DNA of 25,921 nucleotides, taken from positions 1-25,921 of the forward strand of contig JANLSU010000094.1 of assembly GCA_031362565.1 (NCBI GenBank), given 5' to 3'. Positions within the stretch are counted from its first letter, which is position 1; every line of letters begins with the position of its first letter. The notes below the pieces were generated by a model, which was not told the DNA's origin, ran no database searches, and saw nothing but the letters and a program-made list of their open reading frames with translations. Shown piece after piece: positions 9,935 through 17,729 of the stretch. Made by a program: the position numbers and the translations under genes. The DNA comes from a bacterium. Lineage in GTDB: Bacteria > Krumholzibacteriota > Krumholzibacteriia > G020349025.

Positions 9935-11129
9935 CTGCGCCCGGAGTCTTGCCGTTGCGGGTCCGGCGGCTGTCGATGGCCGCGAGATAGATGTCGCGCA
10001 CGCGTCCGGCGATCGCCTGCCAGTCGAACATCGCGGCGCGCCGGAGATTGGCTTGGCCCATGGCGCGGCGCAGGTCGGGTTGGGTCGCGAGCTCGACGAT
10101 CGCCCGCTGCAAGGCCTCGATGTCCCGCGGCGGCACCAATCGCGCCCCACTCGCGGTGACGGTGCGCCGGTATCCCGGAATGTCCGAGCAGATGACCGGC
10201 AACGCCGTGGCCATGGCTTCCAACAACACGATTCCGAAGGACTCCTGGCCGGTCGAGGGCGCGACGAAGACGTCCGAGCGTCGATAGTGTTCGACCAACT
10301 CCCCCATCGGCACCGGCCCGTGGTACGTGAGCCCCGGCATCGCGACCGGCAGGCGGGCACCCCCGAGTTCGCCGACGACATCCAGCGTCAGGTCCGAGCC
10401 CCCGGCGCGCAAGCGCCGGAATGTCTCGTACAGGTCATCGAACCCTTTGCGAGGATCGCCGAGACGGCCGACGAACAGCAGGCGAATCGGCCCCGGCGCG
10501 CGTTCACCGGCGCGCGGCGTGAACACCCCCGTCGGCACCCCGTTCGGCACGATCGTCAAAGGCTCGGGCCACGACAATCGCGCGTAGGCCGCCGCCTCGT
10601 CGGAAACCGCCATGCTGGCCTGAAATGCGCCGCGCTGTTTGGGCGCCAGCCAACGCGAGAAGAAACCAAGCGTCTCGTTCGGCGTTTCTGAATAGGCGTG
10701 AAACGTGCCGACATGGGCGCTGGCTTCGGAGAACCGCAACGCCCAGTAGGGCAGGATCGGCAATTGCGGCTCGTGCAAGTGCACGACATCGAAATGGTTG
10801 TTGCGAAAAAACCGCCGCACGCGCAGCGGCGAAACGAACAACCCAAGACGATTATCGGAGCCGTTGGCCGGAAAATTGGCGGCACCGCTCAACACGACGA
10901 CGTCAGGCTCGCGCATCGGTGCCGTGGACGGGCCAATGATGGTCACATGATCGCCGCGGGCGCGCAGCTCGCGCGCCAACTGGAAGGCATGATGCTTGAC
11001 CCCGCCACGCTCGCTCATGTCATAGGGAACGACTTGGCAAATGCGCAGCGGCCGTGACGACGGCAATTCGAAGGCGCGCGTTTCCCCCAGGCGCGCGGCG
11101 ACACGGCGATCGAAGCCGTTCTGGCGCAT
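9921..11129 (-). CDS. Glycosyltransferase family 4, PimA-like
   Basis: RICQVVPYD...GGVKHH, DVVHLHEP, VGTFH, LFVGRLGDPRKG, PSTGQESFGIVLLEAMA (EX7E), SDIPGY. Start uncertain (ATG 11129 or TTG 11159). 14-bp convergent overlap with the CoA-transferase. Confidence 0.9.
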   Translation of the reverse strand: MRQNGFDRRVAARLGETRAFELPSSRPLRICQVVPYDMSERGGVKHHAFQLARELRARGDHVTIIGPSTAPMREPDVVVLSGAANFPANGSDNRLGLFVSPLRVRRFFRNNHFDVVHLHEPQLPILPYWALRFSEASAHVGTFHAYSETPNETLGFFSRWLAPKQRGAFQASMAVSDEAAAYARLSWPEPLTIVPNGVPTGVFTPRAGERAPGPIRLLFVGRLGDPRKGFDDLYETFRRLRAGGSDLTLDVVGELGGARLPVAMPGLTYHGPVPMGELVEHYRRSDVFVAPSTGQESFGIVLLEAMATALPVICSDIPGYRRTVTASGARLVPPRDIEALQRAIVELATQPDLRRAMGQANLRRAAMFDWQAIAGRVRDIYLAAIDSRRTRNGKTPGAVTVG

Positions 11130-11446
11130 GGGCTCCGACACGCGGTTGTTGAAACTCAAGTTGAGGTCTCGTGGGCATCAGGATGCGATGTCAGGACTGC
11201 CGTGCGGCAGACGAGTGGTTCGTCCAGACGCAAGCGCGATTCGACCGCCACACCATTCATCGTGCGCATCGCCGTGGACGTCCTCTCTGGCGGAACCTCG
11301 AACGAGGCGCGGCACACGCAGTCCAGAGTTGCGCACAGCCGCCGGACGGCCAGGCTCGGCGCCGTCTCGCCCGGCATGGTAACAGACGGGGCCCGGTTGT
11401 TTCAGCAGTTCAATCGGCGGCTTGGATGCACCGCCGGTCTAGCGGC

Positions 11447-11830
11447 TTACTCGGACGTTGGCACCGGCTTGAGGGGGTATCCCTTGTCGCCGGGACGCAG
11501 TTTATCGACCTGTGGAACCTTGAGACCCGCTGGCACATCGTTGGCGTCCATGAGCACGATGGCACCGGAAAGCACACCGACGAGTTCCATCGATTCGCTG
11601 TTGGACACGACGATCTTGGGGCCGGTTGCACGCGACACGCCAAGCGCCGTGCGGGTCGGCGCGACGCCGTGCTGCGAGCCGAGATCGCGCACCCAGCGGG
11701 CCGGCGCCCGCGTGGGCAAGCTGTCGCCGCCGCTGACGTGAGTTCTGCAGGCCCTCACAACCTCGTCCTGATCCCCGCCACGTTGCAGAGACATCATGCT
11801 CGCCGCGCATGCGTTCGCTGCGAAGGACAA
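11447..11830 (-). CDS. Hypothetical protein or C-terminal gene remnant
   Basis: Only the last ~58 codons (GPKIVVSNSESMELVGVLSGAIVLMDANDVPAGLKVPQVDKLRPGDKGYP...) look protein-like; no convincing start or RBS. Confidence 0.3.
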   Translation of the reverse strand: MSFAANACAASMMSLQRGGDQDEVVRACRTHVSGGDSLPTRAPARWVRDLGSQHGVAPTRTALGVSRATGPKIVVSNSESMELVGVLSGAIVLMDANDVPAGLKVPQVDKLRPGDKGYPLKPVPTSE

Positions 11831-11922
11831 GCAGGTCCTGGCGGCGAAGCGCGGGTAGGGCGAGTTGCGAACGTTCTCGTCGAGGACTAGACTTCGCCGC
11901 AGGCCTCGGCGAAAGGCACGAG

Positions 11923-12627
11923 ATGACCAAGCATATCGGGATTGTCGGCGTGAGCGCCGAAGGTGCCGCGCTTTGCTACCGGACGATTTGCGCCGAAGGA
12001 CCTTCGCTCATGGGGCGCCACGCGCATCCGCAAGTGACGATGCACACGTACCCGCTCGCCGATTACATGCGTCCGACGGAATCCGGCAACTGGGGCGAAT
12101 TCGCCGCTATGATTCTCTCGTCCGCAGAGAAGCTCAAGAAGGTCGGAGCGGACTTTCTCATCTGCCCAGACAACACCGCCCACCAAGCGATCGACCTGAT
12201 CCGCGACCGCTCCGCGTTGCCGTGGCTGCACATCGCGGAAGAAGTCGCGAAGGCTGCGGAAGAACGCGGATACCATCATCTTCTTCTCCTTGGAACGAAG
12301 TATCTGATGGAGGGCCCGGTGTACGGCGCGAAGCTGCGGCCGCGGGGGATCGAATACGAGCTTCCGGAGGCGGCCGATCGCGAACGGATCAACGACTTGA
12401 TCTTCGACGAGCTCGTGTACGGCCGTTTTGAGGGGCCGGGTCGCACTTACATCAGCGACATCATCGCCCAAGGGAAAACGCGCGGCGCGGACGCAGCGAT
12501 CCTGGGATGCACCGAGATCCCATTGTTGATCTCCCAGGCCGATTCACCGCTTCCCATCCTCGACTCCACCCGGACTCTGGCGCGAGCCGCATTGCGCGAA
12601 GCCCTCGCATGCGGAGACTTGGGATGA
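11923..12627 (+). CDS. Aspartate/glutamate racemase family protein (RacX/YgeA-like)
   Basis: HIGIVGVS, GADFLICPDNTAH, LPWLHIAE, LLGTKYLME, AAILGCTEIPLL, PILDST; GAAAGG upstream of ATG 11923. Confidence 0.92.
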   Translation: MTKHIGIVGVSAEGAALCYRTICAEGPSLMGRHAHPQVTMHTYPLADYMRPTESGNWGEFAAMILSSAEKLKKVGADFLICPDNTAHQAIDLIRDRSALPWLHIAEEVAKAAEERGYHHLLLLGTKYLMEGPVYGAKLRPRGIEYELPEAADRERINDLIFDELVYGRFEGPGRTYISDIIAQGKTRGADAAILGCTEIPLLISQADSPLPILDSTRTLARAALREALACGDLG

Positions 12628-12689
12628 GCCGCGGGGCAAAGAAGGCCGCGGTTGTCGTTACCGCTCGCCCCTTTGGGGCTGATTCATAA

Positions 12690-12866
12690 TTCCGCGGCGA
12701 AGATCCGCAGGTTTGCCAAGCAAACTCGCGGGTGGCTCCGAGTTGCCGGGGACCGTCAGCCGGGCCCCCCAAAGCTGCGGACGGGTTCTGGGAAAATGCG
12801 GTTGAAAGTTCCTATGCGCGGCACGGTCAAGACTCTGTTCCGGTAATCCCGATTCAGGCTACGGAA
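12690..12866 (+). ncRNA. Candidate structured non-coding RNA, family unassigned
   Basis: No credible ORF; CATAAT box at 12685-12690; five compatible stems found by eye (see findings); immediately followed by a strong terminator. Confidence 0.55.
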
Positions 12867-12904
12867 AATGCCGCTCTCGGCAACGAGAGCGGCATTTTTT
12901 ATTG
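12865..12904. terminator. Intrinsic terminator, strongest on +, probably bidirectional
   Basis: Perfect 15-bp inverted repeat AAAATGCCGCTCTCG-GCAA-CGAGAGCGGCATTTT with a GNRA loop; T6ATT tail on +, T4 on -. Confidence 0.92.
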
Positions 12905-12924
12905 GGCGGCTGGATCGGCCGGTC

Positions 12925-13029
12925 TCAGTGGTTCCATTCGGTGTGAAGGCTGCCCAGCACATCGCGCCGCCTGTAGGTGTGGGCGCCGAACAAATCCCGT
13001 TGCGCTTGGATGAGATTGGCGGGCAGCAC
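12925..13029 (-). pseudogene. gndA: C-terminal remnant (~34 codons) of NADP-dependent 6-phosphogluconate dehydrogenase
   Basis: Hand translation VLPANLIQAQRDLFGAHTYRRRDVLGSLHTEWNH-stop matches the conserved Gnd C-terminus (LPANLIQAQRDYFGAHTY...FHTEW); similarity ends at ~13030. Confidence 0.88.
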
Positions 13030-13092
13030 CTCAGGTAAGCTCGATGCCACAAGCCTCGGGCACTGACAGCAGCGGCTGAGTTTTCTCCACGC

Positions 13093-16000
13093 CTACTTCA
13101 GGTACACGAAGCGATTGGCGCTCGAGTGACCTCCGGCCTCGATCCGCAGGAAGTACACGCCGCCCCTCACCTCCCGACCCCGGGCGTCGCGGCCGTCCCA
13201 GGCCACCGCATGGTCGCCGGCGGGATAAAGATCCTGCGCGAGGCAGCGGATGAAGCGGCCATCCACGCCGTAGACGGCGAGGCGCGCTGGTCCCGGCTGC
13301 GGAAGCCGGAACTGCACCGATTTGCCGGCACGGAGCGGATTCGGAAACCGCAGGCGAGCCTCGGCCTCTGGAGCTTCAGCGACATCCGTCGGTGCCACCT
13401 CGGTCAGGTGGATCAGCCGATCGGCCGCGACATTCGTCGACTGAGCGACACGGCCGCTCGGCCAGTCGACGCGCATGAGATCGATGACAGCGGCGGTGCC
13501 GAGGCCAAAGTGCAGGCGCAGCGGTCCCTCACCGCAGGCTCCCGCACCCGTGCCCACCTGCCGTTTCTGGGTAACCCCGCCGGCCTGGATCGTCACAACG
13601 GCGCCGATCGCAGCGCGATTCGATGCGACCCCCGAAAGATCAACTTCGATCCAGTTCTTCGTGTTGCAGGGGTCTCCCTGGATGAAAATGCCGAGCTCGG
13701 AATCTCCCAGGAAGAGATCGAGATGCCCATCCGTCTGGTCGTCCGCACAGCTCGCCGTGTGGAAGGGGGCGTTGCTCTGTGGCAGGGCGTTGCCGAGACC
13801 GAAGACGCCACCGCCCTGATTTTCGAGGATCCTGCCCCGGTGGGGCACCACGGCATCGACGTCGCCGTCGAGGTCGAGATCGCCGAAGACGACACCGGGG
13901 CGGCTGCCGTTGGCGCTTCCGAGGTCGGGCAGGCTTGCCGCCACGTAACCGCTGGGTGTCCACAGCAGGAGGCGGTCCGAACCGGACTGGTTCGCCACGT
14001 ACAAGTCCCAGTGGCCGTCGTTGTTCACGTCGGCCCACGCCGCGCCGTAGCTGCTGCTGCCCGGAGCGGGCAACGGGATTTCGCTGTAGCCAGCAGAAGT
14101 TGCATCGAACAAGCGGCCCGGGCCGTCGGAGTTGGCCAGGAACACCTCGGGCCACCGGTCGGCGTCGATGTTCGCCCAGACGGCTTGCTGCGTGTCTCCC
14201 GGGTAGGCGAGCGCGGCTGGAGTCGCATCCGTGAACGAGGTCCCGCCGTTGTTGCGATAGAGGCGGTTGGCCTGCCCGCTGCGCGCCAAGTAGAGGTCCA
14301 GGAAGCCATCGGCGTTCGCATCGACCCAGACGGCGTCGAGCACGTTCGACGGCGAAGCGTCGGACCAGATGTTGGCGAAGCCACCGGAGCCGTTGTTCCG
14401 GAACAGGCGGTTGGCCGTGCCGTTCCCGCCCACGAAGCAATCGGCGTCACCGTCGTTGTCGAAGTCCCCCCAGCTCACCTCGCGGCTGGCGCCGAGGTTC
14501 GCCAGGGCGCCGATGTCGGCGCGCGAAAAGATGCCGCCGCCCTCGTTGCGATAGATGTGCTGGTGACCAGTCGGGTCCAGCAGGACGATATCCTGACGGG
14601 CATCGTTGTCCTGATGCACCCACTGATGCCACCAACCCGACGTCCGGTCTACCCAACTGCCCGGGGTTCTCGGGGTTACGGTCACACACACCACCTTCCC
14701 GGCGGGAAGGATGAGCGAATAATCCTGCGAACCCGAGTCGAGCTGACTCTTGTGGGTCACGATGGCACGGTAATACCCCGCTGGAGGGTTCGCCACATGC
14801 ACTTGCTCCACGTTGTCGCGGTAGTTGTCCCCGGTGAGGGCCGATTCACCGGTCGGAGTTGGATCGAGCAGCCACGGTTCGTAGGTGACGCCCGTCGCCA
14901 GGCGCTCCACGCGGAGGTCGAGATCGTTGACCAGCATGATGGTCGAAAGGTCCACGCCGGTACCCGGCGGCGTCCCGGGTGGATCCGTCCAGGCCATCGT
15001 GACCGAGAAGGGCGACTCGCCGTCCCACCAGAAGTCGAACTCGTCGGTCGCCCCGTCCTGCAGCGTCGGCTCCAGGATCCTCACGCCGACCACGAGACTG
15101 TGGGCGTCCACGAGTTCCACGGCCGTGCGCGTGTTCATCACTCCCCAGCCATAGATGTAGTCCGGACCCGTGGTGCCCGCCTCGTCCGCGGTGTGCACCA
15201 GAAGCGCCTTGATGGTCGAGGACAGGGGATCGCCGGCCAGGGGGAACTTGTTCTCCCACTCCTGCAGGATGAGATTCACGGATCCCGCCACGGCGGGGCC
15301 GGCGTACGAACAACCGCTGGCACCAGTCGTATAGTTGTTGTCCGCGCCGCTGTCGGGCGCGGTGAGCCCCGTGGCATTGGCGACGATGTCCGGCTTGATG
15401 CGCCCGTCGTCCGTCGGTCCCCAACTGCTGAAGGACGCAGTCGCCGCGTCGGACGGGGTGGCCCAGCCTCCTGGAATGTCGTTGATGCCGCCTACCGTGA
15501 TCATGTTCTTGCCGCACTTGGTGGAAGGCATCGTGTCGTAGCCCGTCGATCCGCCGTCGGCCGGATGGGTGTCCACGGAAAGCGCCGGGACACCGCTCGC
15601 GAAATGCACGTGCAAGGTTGCAGAGGCGGGCCCCGTATCGTTGCGGTCGTTGCCCGCACCTCCGACGATGACGTAGGTCGGCGCGTCGTAGGCGACCTGG
15701 TCCCAATCTTGGGTGCTCGACGTGTACTTCCCGAACTGGTCATCCTCCGAGGTGCTGACGTTGACGTCTCCGTACCAGGCCCAGACTCCGTCCGAAAAAT
15801 TCCACCCGGTCAGCGGCGAGTACGAGTGGTTCGAAACCGTCACGCCGAGGCCTGCCCAGTACGCCATCTCCGCAGAGTCGTTGTCCGAGAGGAGGGCCAG
15901 CAGGCTGGCGTTAGGGGACATGCCCTTCGCATTGGCGTTCACGCCAGACGCCATCGCGATCCCCGCCACTCGCGTCGCATGGTAGTTCTCGGCAGCAGCA

Positions 16001-16455
16001 TCCACCTGTGCGATGCGCCCGGCGAATTCCTGATGCGTGGCCCGAGGAGCGCCAGCGGCTTCCCAGATTGCGAGGTAGACCTGCCAACCGGGGCGGAAGC
16101 CATCCAGAGCAAAGCCCGCGGCGCCGCCGGCCCAGACTTCGTCGGTCGAAATCGTCTCTGCAGAGATGAGATCGTTGCAACCGTGATAGATGGGGCGCCC
16201 CGTCTCGTCGACGTACACCAGCCGCGAGCGGGGCCCTTCGTTGAGGGCCCGGACGTGGGGATCGGGGGAGTGAAGCAAGGCCTCGTAGCTCGCTCCCCGT
16301 CCTGCCTGCCACTTCGCTGTCAGCCGCTGGCTGAGCGCCAGAAGTTTCGCTGGATCCTTGACCCGGTGGGCGTGTGACAGCGCGGGAAGCGCAAACAACA
16401 CCGAAGCGGCCGTGACGGTATGCAGCAAGTGCGGGGATCGGAACTGCACGCGCAT
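13093..16455 (-). CDS. Secreted S8 (subtilisin-like) peptidase with FG-GAP/VCBS propeller, ASPIC/UnbV domain and C-terminal FlgD Ig-like domain
   Basis: Signal peptide (...ALPALSHA); YHATRVAG, SNHSY, GAGNDR, FSSWGPTDDGRIKPDIVA, SGCSYAGP, VNDLDL, DNVEQV; ~7 DxDxDG-type repeats; SNRAAIGA...LHFGLG...VDWPSG; FPNP...VAWDGRDARG...GVYF. AGGAG RBS. Confidence 0.93.
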   Translation of the reverse strand: MRVQFRSPHLLHTVTAASVLFALPALSHAHRVKDPAKLLALSQRLTAKWQAGRGASYEALLHSPDPHVRALNEGPRSRLVYVDETGRPIYHGCNDLISAETISTDEVWAGGAAGFALDGFRPGWQVYLAIWEAAGAPRATHQEFAGRIAQVDAAAENYHATRVAGIAMASGVNANAKGMSPNASLLALLSDNDSAEMAYWAGLGVTVSNHSYSPLTGWNFSDGVWAWYGDVNVSTSEDDQFGKYTSSTQDWDQVAYDAPTYVIVGGAGNDRNDTGPASATLHVHFASGVPALSVDTHPADGGSTGYDTMPSTKCGKNMITVGGINDIPGGWATPSDAATASFSSWGPTDDGRIKPDIVANATGLTAPDSGADNNYTTGASGCSYAGPAVAGSVNLILQEWENKFPLAGDPLSSTIKALLVHTADEAGTTGPDYIYGWGVMNTRTAVELVDAHSLVVGVRILEPTLQDGATDEFDFWWDGESPFSVTMAWTDPPGTPPGTGVDLSTIMLVNDLDLRVERLATGVTYEPWLLDPTPTGESALTGDNYRDNVEQVHVANPPAGYYRAIVTHKSQLDSGSQDYSLILPAGKVVCVTVTPRTPGSWVDRTSGWWHQWVHQDNDARQDIVLLDPTGHQHIYRNEGGGIFSRADIGALANLGASREVSWGDFDNDGDADCFVGGNGTANRLFRNNGSGGFANIWSDASPSNVLDAVWVDANADGFLDLYLARSGQANRLYRNNGGTSFTDATPAALAYPGDTQQAVWANIDADRWPEVFLANSDGPGRLFDATSAGYSEIPLPAPGSSSYGAAWADVNNDGHWDLYVANQSGSDRLLLWTPSGYVAASLPDLGSANGSRPGVVFGDLDLDGDVDAVVPHRGRILENQGGGVFGLGNALPQSNAPFHTASCADDQTDGHLDLFLGDSELGIFIQGDPCNTKNWIEVDLSGVASNRAAIGAVVTIQAGGVTQKRQVGTGAGACGEGPLRLHFGLGTAAVIDLMRVDWPSGRVAQSTNVAADRLIHLTEVAPTDVAEAPEAEARLRFPNPLRAGKSVQFRLPQPGPARLAVYGVDGRFIRCLAQDLYPAGDHAVAWDGRDARGREVRGGVYFLRIEAGGHSSANRFVYLK

Positions 16456-16575
16456 GGGTCGCTCCTATGGAAGAATGCCCCGTCGGAGCTGCTGAATCTG
16501 CGCTTCGGCCGGCGCCGACGGAGCGTGATCATGCCACCGAACGCATGGAAGAGACCTATAGACGACGTGGCCGGA

Positions 16576-16604
16576 AAGATAGCACATTTTTACGAACGAT
16601 TCAA
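16576..16604 (-). promoter_or_regulatory. Sigma70-type promoter for the S8 peptidase gene
   Basis: TTGAAT-N17-TATCTT with an extended TG, in an AT-rich patch ~120 nt upstream of the ATG. Confidence 0.6.
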
Positions 16605-16805
16605 TTCCGGAGCTGCCTCGAAAGCTCGGCGCACAAGGACGATCCGGACGTTCGATCCCGTGGTGTCGCGGAATGGATTCGGTGTGGCGGCGCCGAGCTG
16701 AAGGCGCGCGGGCGCCCCCGACGACTGAACATCCACGCTGGTCTGAACCGTGAGATTCACCGCGACGATCCAGAGGACGGAGGACTTGGATGTCGCGCGC
16801 CTCAC
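16590..16805 (-). pseudogene. Remnant encoding the linker and first strand of an FlgD/CTD-like C-terminal domain
   Basis: VQTSVDVQSSGAPARLQLGAATPNPFRDTT (LQLGAATPNPF at 16671-16703); similarity is lost afterwards. Confidence 0.6.
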
Positions 16806-17039
16806 GGGCGCGATTCAGTTCCGCGTAGATGCAACTCTGCGTGTGCAGCGCGTAGAACGTGCTGGTCTTGTCCGCGTCGATGGCGCGATTGATGAGCTGA
16901 AGCGTGCTGTCCGGTCCTAGCGTTCGGGGACAACCCGCGCCACGTATAGGCCTCAATCAGTCAATCCCGCGGGATCGTCGGTAGCCGTCAACCCAGCGCT
17001 CTGGAAGCAGGCCAGCATCTCTGCGGTGGAAGAGCCAAA

Positions 17040-17210
17040 TCACTTGACCAGCGTGATCGGCCTCGTGGCGCTGAACGACCTGCTGTCCATCCGACAGAGG
17101 TACACGCCCGACGCGACCCGCCCGCCTCGGTCGTTGGTCCCGTCCCACAACACCGTGTGCGTTCCCGCCGCCCTTTTCTCGTCCACGAGACCCCGCACGC
17201 GCCGTCCAGC
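17040..17210 (-). pseudogene. Remnant encoding the C-terminal half of an FlgD Ig-like domain
   Basis: AGRRVRGLVDEKRAAGTHTVLWDGTNDRGGRVASGVYLCRMDSRSFSATRPITLVK-stop, parallel to the tail of the S8 protein; the upstream frame is unrelated. Confidence 0.8.
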
Positions 17211-17517
17211 CGAAATTGTCGCCGTCTTTCTTGTCGTCGTTGTCGTCCTTGGCGACGGCTTTGGTGGCGGCATACTTGACGAGGCCGCGAAGCCGAACAA
17301 CGCACCGGAGTATTTCCCGGCGTGAGGTCGCGGCGCGTGGACCAGCGCGGTGCCGGCGGCACGTGTCGAGCGTGAAGGCACTGTAGAAATACATCATCGC
17401 CGGCGACAAGTCTGTGAGTCTGACTGTGGAAAGCGTTACAATCTCAGGAATAGTTCGTAGACCGGGCACTTGGAATGTTGCCGCTTCCAAGGCGAGCGAA
17501 TGCAGAGGAGGTCGAGC

Positions 17518-17598
17518 GTGTCGAGCGAACTGCTGCAGCGATTGCGGAATCCCGAGGATAAACTCATCGAACGGAAAACCGCTGCTCTATCCAACTGA
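17518..17598 (+). pseudogene. N-terminal stub of a probable AlbA_2 (Schlafen-like) domain protein
   Basis: GGAGG RBS, GTG, then SSELLQRLRNPEDKLIERK (ED-x-x-x-ERK start typical of AlbA_2); the frame then enters antisense tRNA sequence and stops after 26 codons. Confidence 0.5.
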
Positions 17599-17609
17599 GC
17601 TACAGCCGC
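17573..17609 (-). pseudogene. 5' half of an Arg-type tRNA gene, broken in the anticodon loop
   Basis: GCGGCTG-TA-GCTC-AGTTGGATA-GAGC-A-GCGGT-TTTCC: acceptor 5' strand, complete D arm with the Arg-type GGATA loop, 5' anticodon stem. No matching 3' half seen in the window. Confidence 0.8.
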
Positions 17610-17729
17610 GTATCGTGAACGCTTGCGAACGGTGAGGATAACCCATTGGGACTGCATCGGCCACTATGGAGACCTCGACTGCCTGCTCGCGAAACCCGTC
17701 ACGCGCTCTCGCGGCCCAGGTGGCGCCGG

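Noticed and set aside
12691..12865. Minus-strand resemblance to a c-di-AMP riboswitch (CTGAATC...CCCAGAACCCGTCCGCAGCT)
   Set aside because: The other conserved blocks were not found, there is no downstream minus-strand gene, and G-U pairing favours the plus strand.
13126..16377. 1083-aa plus-strand ORF
   Set aside because: Antisense shadow of the S8 gene; long stop-free antisense frames are expected in high-GC genes; Arg/Val/Gly-rich with no motifs.
16590..17440. CRISPR-like or integron-like array of captured fragments
   Set aside because: No direct repeats or attC-like palindromes seen between fragments; no cas or integrase gene in the window.
17040..17572. Group I intron splitting the Arg-type tRNA
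   Set aside because: No 3' exon (T arm plus CAGCCGC acceptor strand) was found downstream, and the adjacent sequence is explained by protein-gene fragments.
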